Source of the DNA: a virus
Taxonomy: Duplodnaviria > Caudoviricetes
IMG/VR virus record: IMGVR_UViG_3300007512_001664
Location: 32,001 to 96,000 of that record
Length of the DNA stretch: 64,000 nucleotides
Reading direction: 5' to 3' (one strand)
The translations under genes were made by a program, and so were the position numbers. Below the pieces are notes generated by a model. The model was not told the origin of the DNA. It saw only the letters and a program-made list of their open reading frames with translations, and searched no databases. Of the stretch, positions 1 to 9,240 are shown one piece after another. Within the stretch, counting starts at the first letter, position 1. Each line of letters opens with the position of its first letter.

Positions 1-186
1 GGTGCCGCGGCGAGCATTACTGGCACAGGTTGGTCTTTTGCTAACAAGATAAGTCATAAGCAAGAAGTGAAGACTGCTTTTGCTACAGACCCTGTTACTG
101 GTGATGTTACACGTCATTTTAATGAAGAGACTAAGGCATGGGAAGAAAAACCAGAACCCAAATCTAAGAAGAAAAAAAAGAGCTAA
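1..186 (+). CDS. partial CDS (3' end), small membrane protein, possibly holin-like
   Basis: Frame 1 is open to TAA at 184-186 (GAAASITGTGWSFANK...KKKKS). Small-residue hydrophobic segment, basic tail, upstream of the lysozyme. Confidence 0.4.
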   Translation, partial: GAAASITGTGWSFANKISHKQEVKTAFATDPVTGDVTRHFNEETKAWEEKPEPKSKKKKKS

Positions 187-227
187 TTAATAAATAGCAA
201 AACGTCTCTGGATACATAAATATTTAT

Positions 228-581
228 GTGGCTGTGACTTCACCAGGGTATTTGTATATTATTACTAATAAATCTTGGCCTGGATGGTTGAAAGTTGGAA
301 CCACTCGTAACTTAAAAACTCGTTTGCAAACATATCAAACGAGTTCTCCCTTCAGAGATTACGAGGTTATATATTCTATAAAACATCCAGAATATCTTCA
401 AGCTGAACAAAATATAAAGAAACAAATGAAATATTTTGCTAAGCAAATAAAAAATGAATGGTATGAAGTTGATTTCCACGTGGCAAAGGTTAGACTATTA
501 GAACAATTAGATAATTATTTTTATGGTGAATGTGATAAACAAGAAGAATACCATCAAGTATTTATTACTAATCCTGTATAA
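228..581 (+). CDS. T5orf172/GIY-YIG-like domain protein
   Basis: GYLYIITN...WLKVGTT...RLQTYQTSSP...AEQ...EWYE pattern; TAAATA just upstream. Confidence 0.75.
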   Translation: MAVTSPGYLYIITNKSWPGWLKVGTTRNLKTRLQTYQTSSPFRDYEVIYSIKHPEYLQAEQNIKKQMKYFAKQIKNEWYEVDFHVAKVRLLEQLDNYFYGECDKQEEYHQVFITNPV

Positions 582-584
582 ATA
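577..584 (+). promoter_or_regulatory. T4 gp55-type late promoter TATAAATA
   Basis: Exact TATAAATA 6 nt before the ATG at 591. Confidence 0.7.
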
Positions 585-590
585 ATTTAA

Positions 591-1451
591 ATGACCTTTA
601 AACAACTATCAGACTGTAATGAGGTTTTCTTGCGAGAAGGCCCGTGGTCTAGTAGAGCTGCAGCTTTAGGTTTGGGTGCTGCCAGTTTATTTGGCGGTCC
701 CGGCGAAGTACAAGCCAAAATGCCTACCCCAATAACTCATACTATAAAACAAGACCAATCAATGTATGATTATATTGTTCAGAGTGAAGGTAAAGGTAAA
801 CCGGGTCGCCCGGGATATGCGTACAGAGACTCAGAGGGGCACTTAACCGTTGGGGTAGGCCATTTAATTACTAAAAACGATCCTGTGCTCAGACAAGTTA
901 CCGGTCAGTATTATAATGCTGTTGTATCTGGTCGTATGCCGTTGAACGATAATCAAATGAAACAATTGTTCAATATCGACCTACAATCTAAAATTGCTTT
1001 AGCTCGTAGATATATTAGAGGATATGATAAATTGCCTTCATATGTTCAAAATGCAGTAGTAGATGGTTTCTTTAGAGGTGATTTATCTGGTAGTCCAGAT
1101 ACATTAGAATTAATGAATCAAGGTAATTGGTCAGTAGCTGCAAAAGAATATTTAAATCATAATGATTATAGAAAATCTGTAGCTAGTAACAAAGCAGGTA
1201 AACCACATGGTGTTAAAGATCGTATGGAGCGTAATGCTAGTATCTTTGCTGCTTATGGAAGAGGCGCCGATGCTGACCCACGCCAGCGCTGGGCATCATC
1301 AGGAACACCTACTAATACGTATACTGTAAAGGCAGGAGATACATTAAGTAAGATTGCTCGTGATAATAATGTAAGTATACAGGATCTTATGAAAAAAAAT
1401 AATATCTCTGACCCGAATAAGATCAGTATAGGTCAGCAATTATACATATAA
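591..1451 (+). CDS. phage lysozyme (T4L/GH24-like) with C-terminal LysM domain
   Basis: SEG...YRDSEGHLTVGVGH (E...D-X5-T catalytic pattern); C-terminal YTVKAGDTLSKIARDNNVSIQDLMKKNNISDPNKISIGQQLYI is a LysM domain. Confidence 0.9.
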   Translation: MTFKQLSDCNEVFLREGPWSSRAAALGLGAASLFGGPGEVQAKMPTPITHTIKQDQSMYDYIVQSEGKGKPGRPGYAYRDSEGHLTVGVGHLITKNDPVLRQVTGQYYNAVVSGRMPLNDNQMKQLFNIDLQSKIALARRYIRGYDKLPSYVQNAVVDGFFRGDLSGSPDTLELMNQGNWSVAAKEYLNHNDYRKSVASNKAGKPHGVKDRMERNASIFAAYGRGADADPRQRWASSGTPTNTYTVKAGDTLSKIARDNNVSIQDLMKKNNISDPNKISIGQQLYI

Positions 1452-1473
1452 CATTTGATTAAATAATTAAATA

Positions 1474-2493
1474 ATGCCAGCAACGCTCGATAGGTGTGTT
1501 AAGAAAGTACAAAAGCAAGGAAAAAGTAAATCCTCTGCATATGCTATTTGTTCTAAAAGTACTGGCTGGAAAGTTGGTAAGGGTAGTACTAAAAGAAAAA
1601 AGAAATGGAAAAAGGAATCATTTAAACAATATTTTGAACAAACAAATTATTATAATGATACTTTACACCCTGAGTTTTGGACTGATGATAATTTTAATGA
1701 AGAAGTATTAAATTCTATAATTGAAATTGTAGAGGATTTTATAAAAGACGATGATCACATTACTCCTGAAATGATTGATGATATTCAATTAACAGGATCA
1801 TTAGCTAATTTTAATTACTCTCAGCATTCAGATCTTGACATACATATACTATTAGATTTTGCTAAAATAAATGAAGATGAAAGCATAGTAAAGAGAGCAT
1901 TAGACGGTAAAAGATTTATATGGAATTTAACACACAATATTGAATTTAATAATCATGAAGTTGAATTATATTTTCAGGATATTCATGAACCTCATGTGGC
2001 TTCCGGTTTATTTAGTATACAAGATAATAGATGGATTAAAAAACCTGTTCACGACCCCCCGGAGATAGATCAGCGGGATGTTGAAAAGAAGGCAGAACAG
2101 TTCCGTACAGAGGTAGAACTAATAAAGGAAGCTCTAAATGAGATTGATGATAAAGATGATCTTGTATTAATTAATAACCGCGCTAAAAAATTAAAAAACA
2201 AGTTAATGAGAATGCGTAGAGAAGGTCTTGCTGGTAAAGGAGAATATTCTGTAGAAAATTTAGCCTTTAAATCTTTACGCAACGATGATACAATAGCTGA
2301 ATTAAATGGCTTGATTATTAAGTCATATGATCTTATGTTTGGTGAAGACACTGTTGTTGAGAAAAAGAAAAAGAAAAAGAAAAAGAAAAAGAAAAAAGGA
2401 TTAAAGGATTGGATGTTAAGTATAGTGCATGCATTATTTTCTAAAGATCCATCTCACATGCCTAAACCACAAAGGTACCCTGCAGGAATATGA
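1474..2493 (+). CDS. Pol-beta-superfamily nucleotidyltransferase with basic extensions
   Basis: LTGSLANFNYSQHSDLDIH (GS...DxD) and a later VELY acidic motif; Lys-rich N-terminus; K12 tract. Confidence 0.8.
   Translation: MPATLDRCVKKVQKQGKSKSSAYAICSKSTGWKVGKGSTKRKKKWKKESFKQYFEQTNYYNDTLHPEFWTDDNFNEEVLNSIIEIVEDFIKDDDHITPEMIDDIQLTGSLANFNYSQHSDLDIHILLDFAKINEDESIVKRALDGKRFIWNLTHNIEFNNHEVELYFQDIHEPHVASGLFSIQDNRWIKKPVHDPPEIDQRDVEKKAEQFRTEVELIKEALNEIDDKDDLVLINNRAKKLKNKLMRMRREGLAGKGEYSVENLAFKSLRNDDTIAELNGLIIKSYDLMFGEDTVVEKKKKKKKKKKKKGLKDWMLSIVHALFSKDPSHMPKPQRYPAGI
2361..2396 (+). repeat. (GAAAAA)6 in-frame hexamer repeat encoding poly-Lys
   Basis: Read directly; translates within EKKKKKKKKKKKKG. Confidence 0.9.
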
Positions 2494-3656
2494 AAACATT
2501 TAAACAATTTTTTGAGACAGTATACGATGTATGGGCGGCCCCAGCTGATAGTCGAAACGAAGGAGATGTGGAAGTTATTGGTCAGGCCGACGATGCTACT
2601 TTAGATAAAATCAGAGTTCGTTCACGCAAATACGTGCAAAACGCAGACGAGGTCATGTGGAAGTTTTTAACGGCAATTGGATTTGATGATGATAATTACA
2701 AAAGGTCTTTAGAGGCGGTTTTAGATGCTCATCAGGTAGATTATATTCAGTTTGCAAAGTTTCTCTCTAGGAGTAAATCTAGATATAGTGACTTTAAACG
2801 ATTCACGGGGGCGGGTCAAGGAGACTTTTTTAGTGAAGTAGAGCCTCGTATTGTAGGGAGAATGGAGCCCCGGTCGGGTGAAGCAACTGGTCTAGGTGTT
2901 GCTAATGCATATCAGTTTTATAATGATCTTTGTAAGATCGCACACCCTCAGGGTAGAGTTGGTGTAGGGGAAGGTGAATTTATGTTAGCGGTGCTTACTG
3001 AAGGTAAGAAAGGCGAAACTGGAGATATTAGTACAATGAAGGCTGGTGGGAAAGAGTATGAAATTGGTACTCAGAAGAAAATTATATCTAAAGGAATAAA
3101 AGATATTGTTAAACTTACAGTACCTGTAACTCGACAAAGTCAAGTCACAGTTGGTAATATTTGGGACCCGGAAGGAGATAAGAAATTGCATTGGACTGTT
3201 GAGAATATGAATCAATGGATTTATTTCAAAGAAGCAGATATGGATGTTAAATTCGGTGGATTAGAAAACAGAGCTAAAAAGTTAGCAGATGAAGAAAGAG
3301 CTTCAGGTATTGTAGATTTTGAAAAACGTCGGAGAATCTTTTGTTCTTGTGTATTACATAAATATATTACGTCTCATAAAGATGATTGTATAATCGTATT
3401 TAATGGCGGTGGTGCTGGAACATATGGAATCGCCGGAAGAGTATCTAAAGCTATTAGAGGTGAACTATCTGGACCAGAGTATCGAGCCGCCGAGCGCGCA
3501 TCAACAGAATTTAAACATTGTCGCTGGCTACAATTAGGTGAGAATGCTGGTAAGAATTTAGAATGGGTCTTTAAAAAGTGTGTTGATTCTAATTGGTTTG
3601 ATTTTGAGTTCGATAGTGATTTAAAAGTACGTATTAAATATACACCAGCTTCCTGA
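2490..3656 (+). CDS. hypothetical protein with capsid-targeting-like leader; possible PD-(D/E)XK nuclease fold
   Basis: Starts MKTFKQFFE; contains GVGEGEFMLAVL...GDI...EYEIG, with a degenerate third motif. Confidence 0.55.
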   Translation: MKTFKQFFETVYDVWAAPADSRNEGDVEVIGQADDATLDKIRVRSRKYVQNADEVMWKFLTAIGFDDDNYKRSLEAVLDAHQVDYIQFAKFLSRSKSRYSDFKRFTGAGQGDFFSEVEPRIVGRMEPRSGEATGLGVANAYQFYNDLCKIAHPQGRVGVGEGEFMLAVLTEGKKGETGDISTMKAGGKEYEIGTQKKIISKGIKDIVKLTVPVTRQSQVTVGNIWDPEGDKKLHWTVENMNQWIYFKEADMDVKFGGLENRAKKLADEERASGIVDFEKRRRIFCSCVLHKYITSHKDDCIIVFNGGGAGTYGIAGRVSKAIRGELSGPEYRAAERASTEFKHCRWLQLGENAGKNLEWVFKKCVDSNWFDFEFDSDLKVRIKYTPAS

Positions 3657-3660
3657 TAAA

Positions 3661-3882
3661 ATGGCAGTACTAGGATTATATGATACAACAGTAATGGGGT
3701 ATAGAGTAAAGGTTATGCCTTATGTTATCGGTATTTTTGATGATGATGATATGATTGTAGGGGAAAGAATTCCTAATAAGATTGTACGGTATCTAATTGA
3801 AGAAGGTTTTTGTGATACTTGGTTAAAGGACGATATTGGAATTAGAGTAAATATTTATAGACAAGGTAATGCTGACTTATAA
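3661..3882 (+). CDS. hypothetical protein
   Basis: 73-aa ORF in operon context. Confidence 0.6.
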   Translation: MAVLGLYDTTVMGYRVKVMPYVIGIFDDDDMIVGERIPNKIVRYLIEEGFCDTWLKDDIGIRVNIYRQGNADL

Positions 3883-5119
3883 AAAATATTTTCCGTTATA
3901 TGAATCTGCTGGTCCAAATAAACATTTGACTCACTTAGAGGAGCTTGTTCTTACTGATCAAAAAGATGGTGCGGTTAGAGCTATTAATTATCTTGAAGCA
4001 CTTACAGAGATATTAGATAGTAATACACCACGCTCTGTTAACGCAACAGTAAAGTACGATGGAGCACCAGCTGTAATATTAGGAGTAGATCCAGCTGGTA
4101 GGTTTTTTGTTGGTAGTAAGTCTGTATTTAATAAAGTACCTAAAGTTAATTATTCAGTTAATGACATTAAAATAAACCATGCTGAAGCACCGGGGTTAGT
4201 TGATAAGTTAGTACAAACATTTACACACTTTAAAAATTTAAGTTTTGATTCCGCATATCAAGGAGACTTCTTATTTGACGACGATATAAAAGAGGTCATT
4301 GATATTGAAGGGGTACCGCACATAACATTTAAACCTAATACTATAGTATATGCTGTACCGGTTGATAGTGAAGAAGGTCAAAAAATATTAAATTCACAAA
4401 TTGGCGTTGTATTTCATACCGAATATGACGTTACATTTGATCAAGAAAATTACGTCAGATTTTCTACTAAAAAATTCGGTGTTGATGTTACGAATTTAGA
4501 TCCAGGACCTAATGTATATGTTAAAGATGCTTATTTTGAAAATGACGCTGGGCATATTACATTAACAAATGATGAAACTAATACTATTAATTCATTAATA
4601 CAATTTGCTAAACAACATTTATCACAAATAGATTTTAATAAAGTCACTGAAAAACTATTGTCTAGTTTAAACACATATATCAATACTGAGATAAGAATTG
4701 GTGATTTTTTAAGCAATACTGAATCTTCTTTTAGTCAATTTGTACAGTGGTTTACAAATAAAATAGATAAACAAATAGATAAATTAAAAAGTGATTCTGG
4801 TAAAGCGAAAGCTGCTCAAAATAAAGAACAATTGTTAGCTTTAATACAAGATGCATCACCAGATATTTACAGTGTATTTGAGTTTCAAAAAGCAGTAAAA
4901 CAATGTAAAGATATTTTTATACAAAAGTATAATAACATGATGCGTGGAGTTGATATGAAGAACTACTTGTTTGCTGATAACGGGGATTTAGTAGTAACAG
5001 ATCCTGAAGGGTATGTTGCTATTGATGCGACTGGAAACGCTGTTAAGTTTGTTGATCGTTTAGAGTTTAGTAGAGCTAATTTTGCTATTGATAAGGATAG
5101 TAAATTTAAAAAGAATTAG
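3869..5119 (+). CDS. DUF6267-like T4-type phage protein (ligase/nucleotidyltransferase-like KxDG motif)
   Basis: NKHLTHLEE...TVKYDGAPAV...FFVGSKSVFNK...YQGDFLF...FKPNTIVY...EGYV...KFVDRLEFSRANF; leader MLTYKKYFPLYE. Confidence 0.7.
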   Translation: MLTYKKYFPLYESAGPNKHLTHLEELVLTDQKDGAVRAINYLEALTEILDSNTPRSVNATVKYDGAPAVILGVDPAGRFFVGSKSVFNKVPKVNYSVNDIKINHAEAPGLVDKLVQTFTHFKNLSFDSAYQGDFLFDDDIKEVIDIEGVPHITFKPNTIVYAVPVDSEEGQKILNSQIGVVFHTEYDVTFDQENYVRFSTKKFGVDVTNLDPGPNVYVKDAYFENDAGHITLTNDETNTINSLIQFAKQHLSQIDFNKVTEKLLSSLNTYINTEIRIGDFLSNTESSFSQFVQWFTNKIDKQIDKLKSDSGKAKAAQNKEQLLALIQDASPDIYSVFEFQKAVKQCKDIFIQKYNNMMRGVDMKNYLFADNGDLVVTDPEGYVAIDATGNAVKFVDRLEFSRANFAIDKDSKFKKN

Positions 5120-5157
5120 TTGTTTCCTAAATTATTTCTGTAAATATTTTAGCGAGA

Positions 5158-5739
5158 ATGACTATTGTATTCAACCTATTCGAAAACGTTTACAGTTCTG
5201 CGTTTTTAAAATCATGGATAACGTTAACTACATACTTAAATCAAACTGGTATACGTTATCATATTTCTCAGCACAATAGTTGTAATGCTTTTTATGCAAA
5301 GCAAATGTGTCTAGGTGGTAATGTATTATCTGGACCTTCTCAATCACCGTATCAAGAAACAATTAAATATGATAGATTAGTTTTTTTAAGCAATAAAATT
5401 ACTTTTACACCTGCACAGTTTGTTAAATTATATAATAAATCTTCTGATCATAAATTTATATCTGGAAAGGCAGATGGTAGGTATAAGGTTCTTGAAGAAG
5501 ACAATAATTACATTAAAGCGGATTATTTAGATTTTGATTTTGTTATTATACAAAAAGGAGTATTTGAAGAATTAGAATATCCTTGGTTCCGTCCACACGT
5601 AAGTACAACAGAAGCTGAACAACAGTTTGTTGATATAGATATCTGTCGGCGCTTAAGAAGACGAAATTTAGATCTATTAATAGATAAAGCAGTCGACCTG
5701 CAGGGAGGTAATTTTAATTTTATAAAGACAGATGAATAA
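5158..5739 (+). CDS. GT-A glycosyltransferase-like protein (degenerate paralog of the next gene)
   Basis: Shares DF.II.KGVFE.LEYPWF and D...C motifs with 5732-6388. Confidence 0.55.
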   Translation: MTIVFNLFENVYSSAFLKSWITLTTYLNQTGIRYHISQHNSCNAFYAKQMCLGGNVLSGPSQSPYQETIKYDRLVFLSNKITFTPAQFVKLYNKSSDHKFISGKADGRYKVLEEDNNYIKADYLDFDFVIIQKGVFEELEYPWFRPHVSTTEAEQQFVDIDICRRLRRRNLDLLIDKAVDLQGGNFNFIKTDE

Positions 5740-6388
5740 GACTATAATTATATGTTGTCCGGGTGATTGTTTTTCAGGAAAATTTATTAATTGTTTAACT
5801 CAATTAATTAAACATTTAAACAATCAGGGCTTCAAGGTGTACTTTTGTAGTGCCTATTCACGTAATATATACGAAGTGCGCAATAAGTGTATGTTAGGTT
5901 CTCCAATTAAAGGCACTAATCAACTACCGTTTGATGGCAGACAATACGACTATGTGTTATGGATAGATAGTGATATTGTTTTTACAAACACAGATTTTGA
6001 TTTATTATATAAAGAGGATATGGATGTAATATCAGGTCTTTATATTATGGCAAACGATAAAGACTTTGCCGCTGTAGAAACTTGGGATGAAGGTCATTTT
6101 CAAAATCATGGAACCTTTGAGTTTTTAGCTAAAGAAAATGTGCGTTCAAGATATATGCCATTTAAAGTAGAGTATGTTGGTTTTGGTTTTATTTTATTTA
6201 AACAAGGCATATTTGAACAATTACAATACCCTTGGTTCGAACCAACATATTTACAAATTCAAACATCGCAAGATTTTTCCATGGAAGATGTTACATTATG
6301 TCTTAAATTAAAGAAAAAAGATATTGATATATATGTACACCCTAATGTTATTGTAGGGCATGAAAAATCAGTTGAATTGCGACTATGA
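5732..6388 (+). CDS. glycosyltransferase family 2-like protein
   Basis: YDYVLWIDSDI (DxD), VGFGFILF...PWF...SMEDV...VGHEK. Confidence 0.75.
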   Translation: MNKTIIICCPGDCFSGKFINCLTQLIKHLNNQGFKVYFCSAYSRNIYEVRNKCMLGSPIKGTNQLPFDGRQYDYVLWIDSDIVFTNTDFDLLYKEDMDVISGLYIMANDKDFAAVETWDEGHFQNHGTFEFLAKENVRSRYMPFKVEYVGFGFILFKQGIFEQLQYPWFEPTYLQIQTSQDFSMEDVTLCLKLKKKDIDIYVHPNVIVGHEKSVELRL

Positions 6389-6774
6389 TATTTGATTTAA
6401 GCGAAACACCAGAAGAATTTTGGTATAATAATCTCGAGAAATATAAACAAAGAGAAGTAGATGAGTCTTTCCCTCAAAATTTAACTGTTAAATCTCTATT
6501 GAAGGTTCGTAAAACTGAAGTAGCTATATTTAGAGGTTATTTAAAAACTGAGTCTGACTCAGATATGTTATTAATAGTATACCCTACAGCTAATACCGTT
6601 ATAAAAAATTTTATAGGTATTGGAATATCTGATCGTGAGTATTTATTAGATTCTAATATTCAAATATACCCGCTAGCTCATACAAAGACTATGACTGATG
6701 ATTTTATGTTTGATTTATTAGTCAAGAGTTATGGGTGGCTTATTAAAGATTACGGAGATATATCCAGTTACTAA
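6385..6774 (+). CDS. hypothetical protein
   Basis: 129-aa ORF overlapping the upstream stop codon. Confidence 0.6.
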   Translation: MIFDLSETPEEFWYNNLEKYKQREVDESFPQNLTVKSLLKVRKTEVAIFRGYLKTESDSDMLLIVYPTANTVIKNFIGIGISDREYLLDSNIQIYPLAHTKTMTDDFMFDLLVKSYGWLIKDYGDISSY

Positions 6775-6825
6775 TAGACCGTATACGCGGTTAAAATTTT
6801 TTTACAAAAACTGTGCAAAAACGTC

Positions 6826-7815
6826 TTAAAGGGATTTATAAATGTTACTCTCTTCGAATTCCTTTATAAATGTATAGATATTGAATCTAGTCTTATTTAA
6901 CTTTTTGAGATACTCATATGTGTCTTTTATTAATTGTGTATCATTAATTTTTCTATTAGCTGATTCTAAAGTATTATAATAAAAGGGATAATCATCTCCT
7001 AGATATTCTACAACAGCTGGATGACAGTTAATTAATAATGGAATATTTCTAGATATACAATCCGTTACACCGTTGTTTGCACTAGTATCTAGAAGATCGA
7101 GAAACCCGCATGTGGTGGTCATATACTTATCAAACTCTTTATTCTCTAAGTGACGGTGTACGATCACATTACCTCTTGTTTTTTCTCCAGTAAATGTACA
7201 TTTAAGATTAAAGGTCTCTAATTGTTTTTGATACGTTTGGTGAGCGTATGGTAATCTCCCTAATAGTACATTTTTAGTCATTTTAGTATCTAATAACCAG
7301 AAACTTTCAAAATTACGTAACCAGTAACCTATGCAAGTTAATTGAGGGTCCTCTAAAAAAGCTTCTAAATTAAATTCCTCAACATCTAAAGGCGTCGGGT
7401 GTATTAGAGTCTCTATAGGGATATGATCGAAACCATATTGTATAAATAAATGCCTCATAGATTCTTCTAGATCACTAGATAAAGTGAAGATACCTCTACA
7501 GTTTTTAAGTGCTAATAAAAATGGTAATCGAGCACACATATTAACTGGGGACTGTTTGATATCAAATGGTTTAGGTATTATCATAGGGTTATGAATGATA
7601 CCAATCCAATCTCGTTTATGGTGAGGTAATACTAGAGCTTTATCGTTGTTAAACGTATAATCCCAATCGAACGTTCGTTCGACAAATTCATCTATAAGAA
7701 TATCAGCTTTCGGATCATGAAATTTATTTATAAGGCTTTTTGTTACCCAATTCCATCCAGCACGATGTATCTCTTCTTTAAATGTTTTTTCTCGTACGAA
7801 ATTTAATTTTGTCAT
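6826..7815 (-). CDS. putative GT-B glycosyltransferase-like protein
   Basis: HRAGW...WIGIIHNP...IGYWLRN...DTSANNGVTDCISRNIPLLIN...PAVVEYLG..YP; C-terminus resembles the GT-B donor-binding region. Confidence 0.5.
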   Translation of the reverse strand: MTKLNFVREKTFKEEIHRAGWNWVTKSLINKFHDPKADILIDEFVERTFDWDYTFNNDKALVLPHHKRDWIGIIHNPMIIPKPFDIKQSPVNMCARLPFLLALKNCRGIFTLSSDLEESMRHLFIQYGFDHIPIETLIHPTPLDVEEFNLEAFLEDPQLTCIGYWLRNFESFWLLDTKMTKNVLLGRLPYAHQTYQKQLETFNLKCTFTGEKTRGNVIVHRHLENKEFDKYMTTTCGFLDLLDTSANNGVTDCISRNIPLLINCHPAVVEYLGDDYPFYYNTLESANRKINDTQLIKDTYEYLKKLNKTRFNIYTFIKEFEESNIYKSL

Positions 7816-7816
7816 A

Positions 7817-8080
7817 TTGCATTACGTGCTGCTTATGATAAACTATTTAGTGATTCATTCTGATTTACTCAACTCGTTAAATAATGAGGAAAAAGTAATT
7901 TTATTAGCTTGTATACAACATGCAACTAAAAAAGATTATAGGTATGAAGATTTGCAGTATATACGTAAACCATTCTTAAAGCGAGTCTTACAGAAATACT
8001 ATAATAAAGTTAAACCTGATCAAAAAGAACCGTACAAGTTAATGGTGGATAAAATAAACCCATTACTTAAATTATTCTAG
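7817..8080 (+). CDS. hypothetical protein
   Basis: 87-aa ORF; the true start may be a downstream ATG. Confidence 0.5.
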   Translation: MHYVLLMINYLVIHSDLLNSLNNEEKVILLACIQHATKKDYRYEDLQYIRKPFLKRVLQKYYNKVKPDQKEPYKLMVDKINPLLKLF

Positions 8081-8575
8081 ATGTCTCTGAAATTTTTTTC
8101 GATTTTAGTGTTTATATTCTCTATTGGCTGCTCGACTTCACCAGTGAAATATGACAAGCCCGTTAAAGTTGAAGATTATAAAAATTTTGTTCGATTAAAA
8201 GAAGAAAAAGAGAATCCAGTTTCAGAGAAGACTATTGGTCAAAAAATTAAAGAAAAATTGGCTTTTAAATCAAAACCTAACACAAATAAAGTAGAGATTA
8301 AAAAATCCACTCCTCTTTCTCCTTCTAAACGCAGTCCACTTAAGCGTAGGATAAGACAAACAACCACTAATGCTATCTCTTCTTCAGAACCGAAGCTACT
8401 ACCTATGGTACCGCGGGTAGAATCTGAACCACCGCGGGATCTTAGTAAAAGTATTATGTTGTATTTCATATATCTGCAAGCATTTATTATTTTAATTTTT
8501 GCTTTTATGATTTTACGACGTCGCAAAAAAGTAAAAAAAGACACACCAGAAAAAACTAGCGAGTTGAACTTATAA
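8081..8575 (+). CDS. lipoprotein with C-terminal TM helix (u-spanin-like architecture)
   Basis: Lipobox FSIG-C; C-terminal IMLYFIYLQAFIILIFAFMIL followed by RRRKK. Confidence 0.55.
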   Translation: MSLKFFSILVFIFSIGCSTSPVKYDKPVKVEDYKNFVRLKEEKENPVSEKTIGQKIKEKLAFKSKPNTNKVEIKKSTPLSPSKRSPLKRRIRQTTTNAISSSEPKLLPMVPRVESEPPRDLSKSIMLYFIYLQAFIILIFAFMILRRRKKVKKDTPEKTSELNL

Positions 8576-8601
8576 CCTAAATATATTAATAACAATAATA
8601 T

Positions 8602-8760
8602 ATGACCTATCAAGACTTGTTAGACCAATTGAAAGATATTCCAGAGGAGTATTTAGATCAAGACATAGAAGTAGCTGGTGATTGTGTAGTTGAAGAATAT
8701 TATGATGTTGAGTTTAAGTACGATGAAGATGATGGTACGATCGAAATTCTTCTAGTGTGA
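8602..8760 (+). CDS. small acidic phage protein (not in ORF track)
   Basis: MTYQDLLDQLKDIPEEYLDQDIEV..., 52 aa, translated by hand. Confidence 0.55.
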   Translation: MTYQDLLDQLKDIPEEYLDQDIEVAGDCVVEEYYDVEFKYDEDDGTIEILLV

Positions 8761-8795
8761 CTTGCCTTTTTATTTAGCGAAGCTATTCTTTTGTC

Positions 8796-9029
8796 ATGGA
8801 AGCTTCGTCGATTATTTCCTTTCCGTCAGATAAATTAATTGATTTTGTTAATTTTATCAATGAATGTTGCGCTGTTATTGAACACGATCAAGTTAGTGAA
8901 TGGATTATGCTCCCTCACGGTTTTTTAAATAAAAAAACCCCGTTAGAATGGTTTACAGAATTTGGTCCAGAAAAAATATACAGGTTACTTTATTTTATTG
9001 AAAAGGATGAAGCAGATTTAATAGATTAA
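8796..9029 (+). CDS. stand-alone Xre/MbcA/ParS antitoxin C-terminal (toxin-binding) domain-like protein
   Basis: WIMLPHGFLNKKTPLEW...GPEKIYRLL matches the W..P...L....P......G...v..L pattern. Confidence 0.6.
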   Translation: MEASSIISFPSDKLIDFVNFINECCAVIEHDQVSEWIMLPHGFLNKKTPLEWFTEFGPEKIYRLLYFIEKDEADLID

Positions 9030-9030
9030 T

Positions 9031-9240
9031 ATGTTAACTCGAGCTGAAGCATCTGAACAATTGTTCAACCGCGGCTGGCGCCCAGATTTATATCCTGGTG
9101 TGTGGAAAGATCCGGTTAATAAGCAGCCTGTAGTATGGTTTGTAGCACTTCAGCGAGAAGGTATTAAATTTAATAGAAGAGATAAACCCTGGAAGAGCAA
9201 CCAGTTACAGTTTGAATTTACATATGGAAACATTACATAA
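9031..9240 (+). CDS. hypothetical protein
   Basis: 69-aa ORF. Confidence 0.5.
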   Translation: MLTRAEASEQLFNRGWRPDLYPGVWKDPVNKQPVVWFVALQREGIKFNRRDKPWKSNQLQFEFTYGNIT

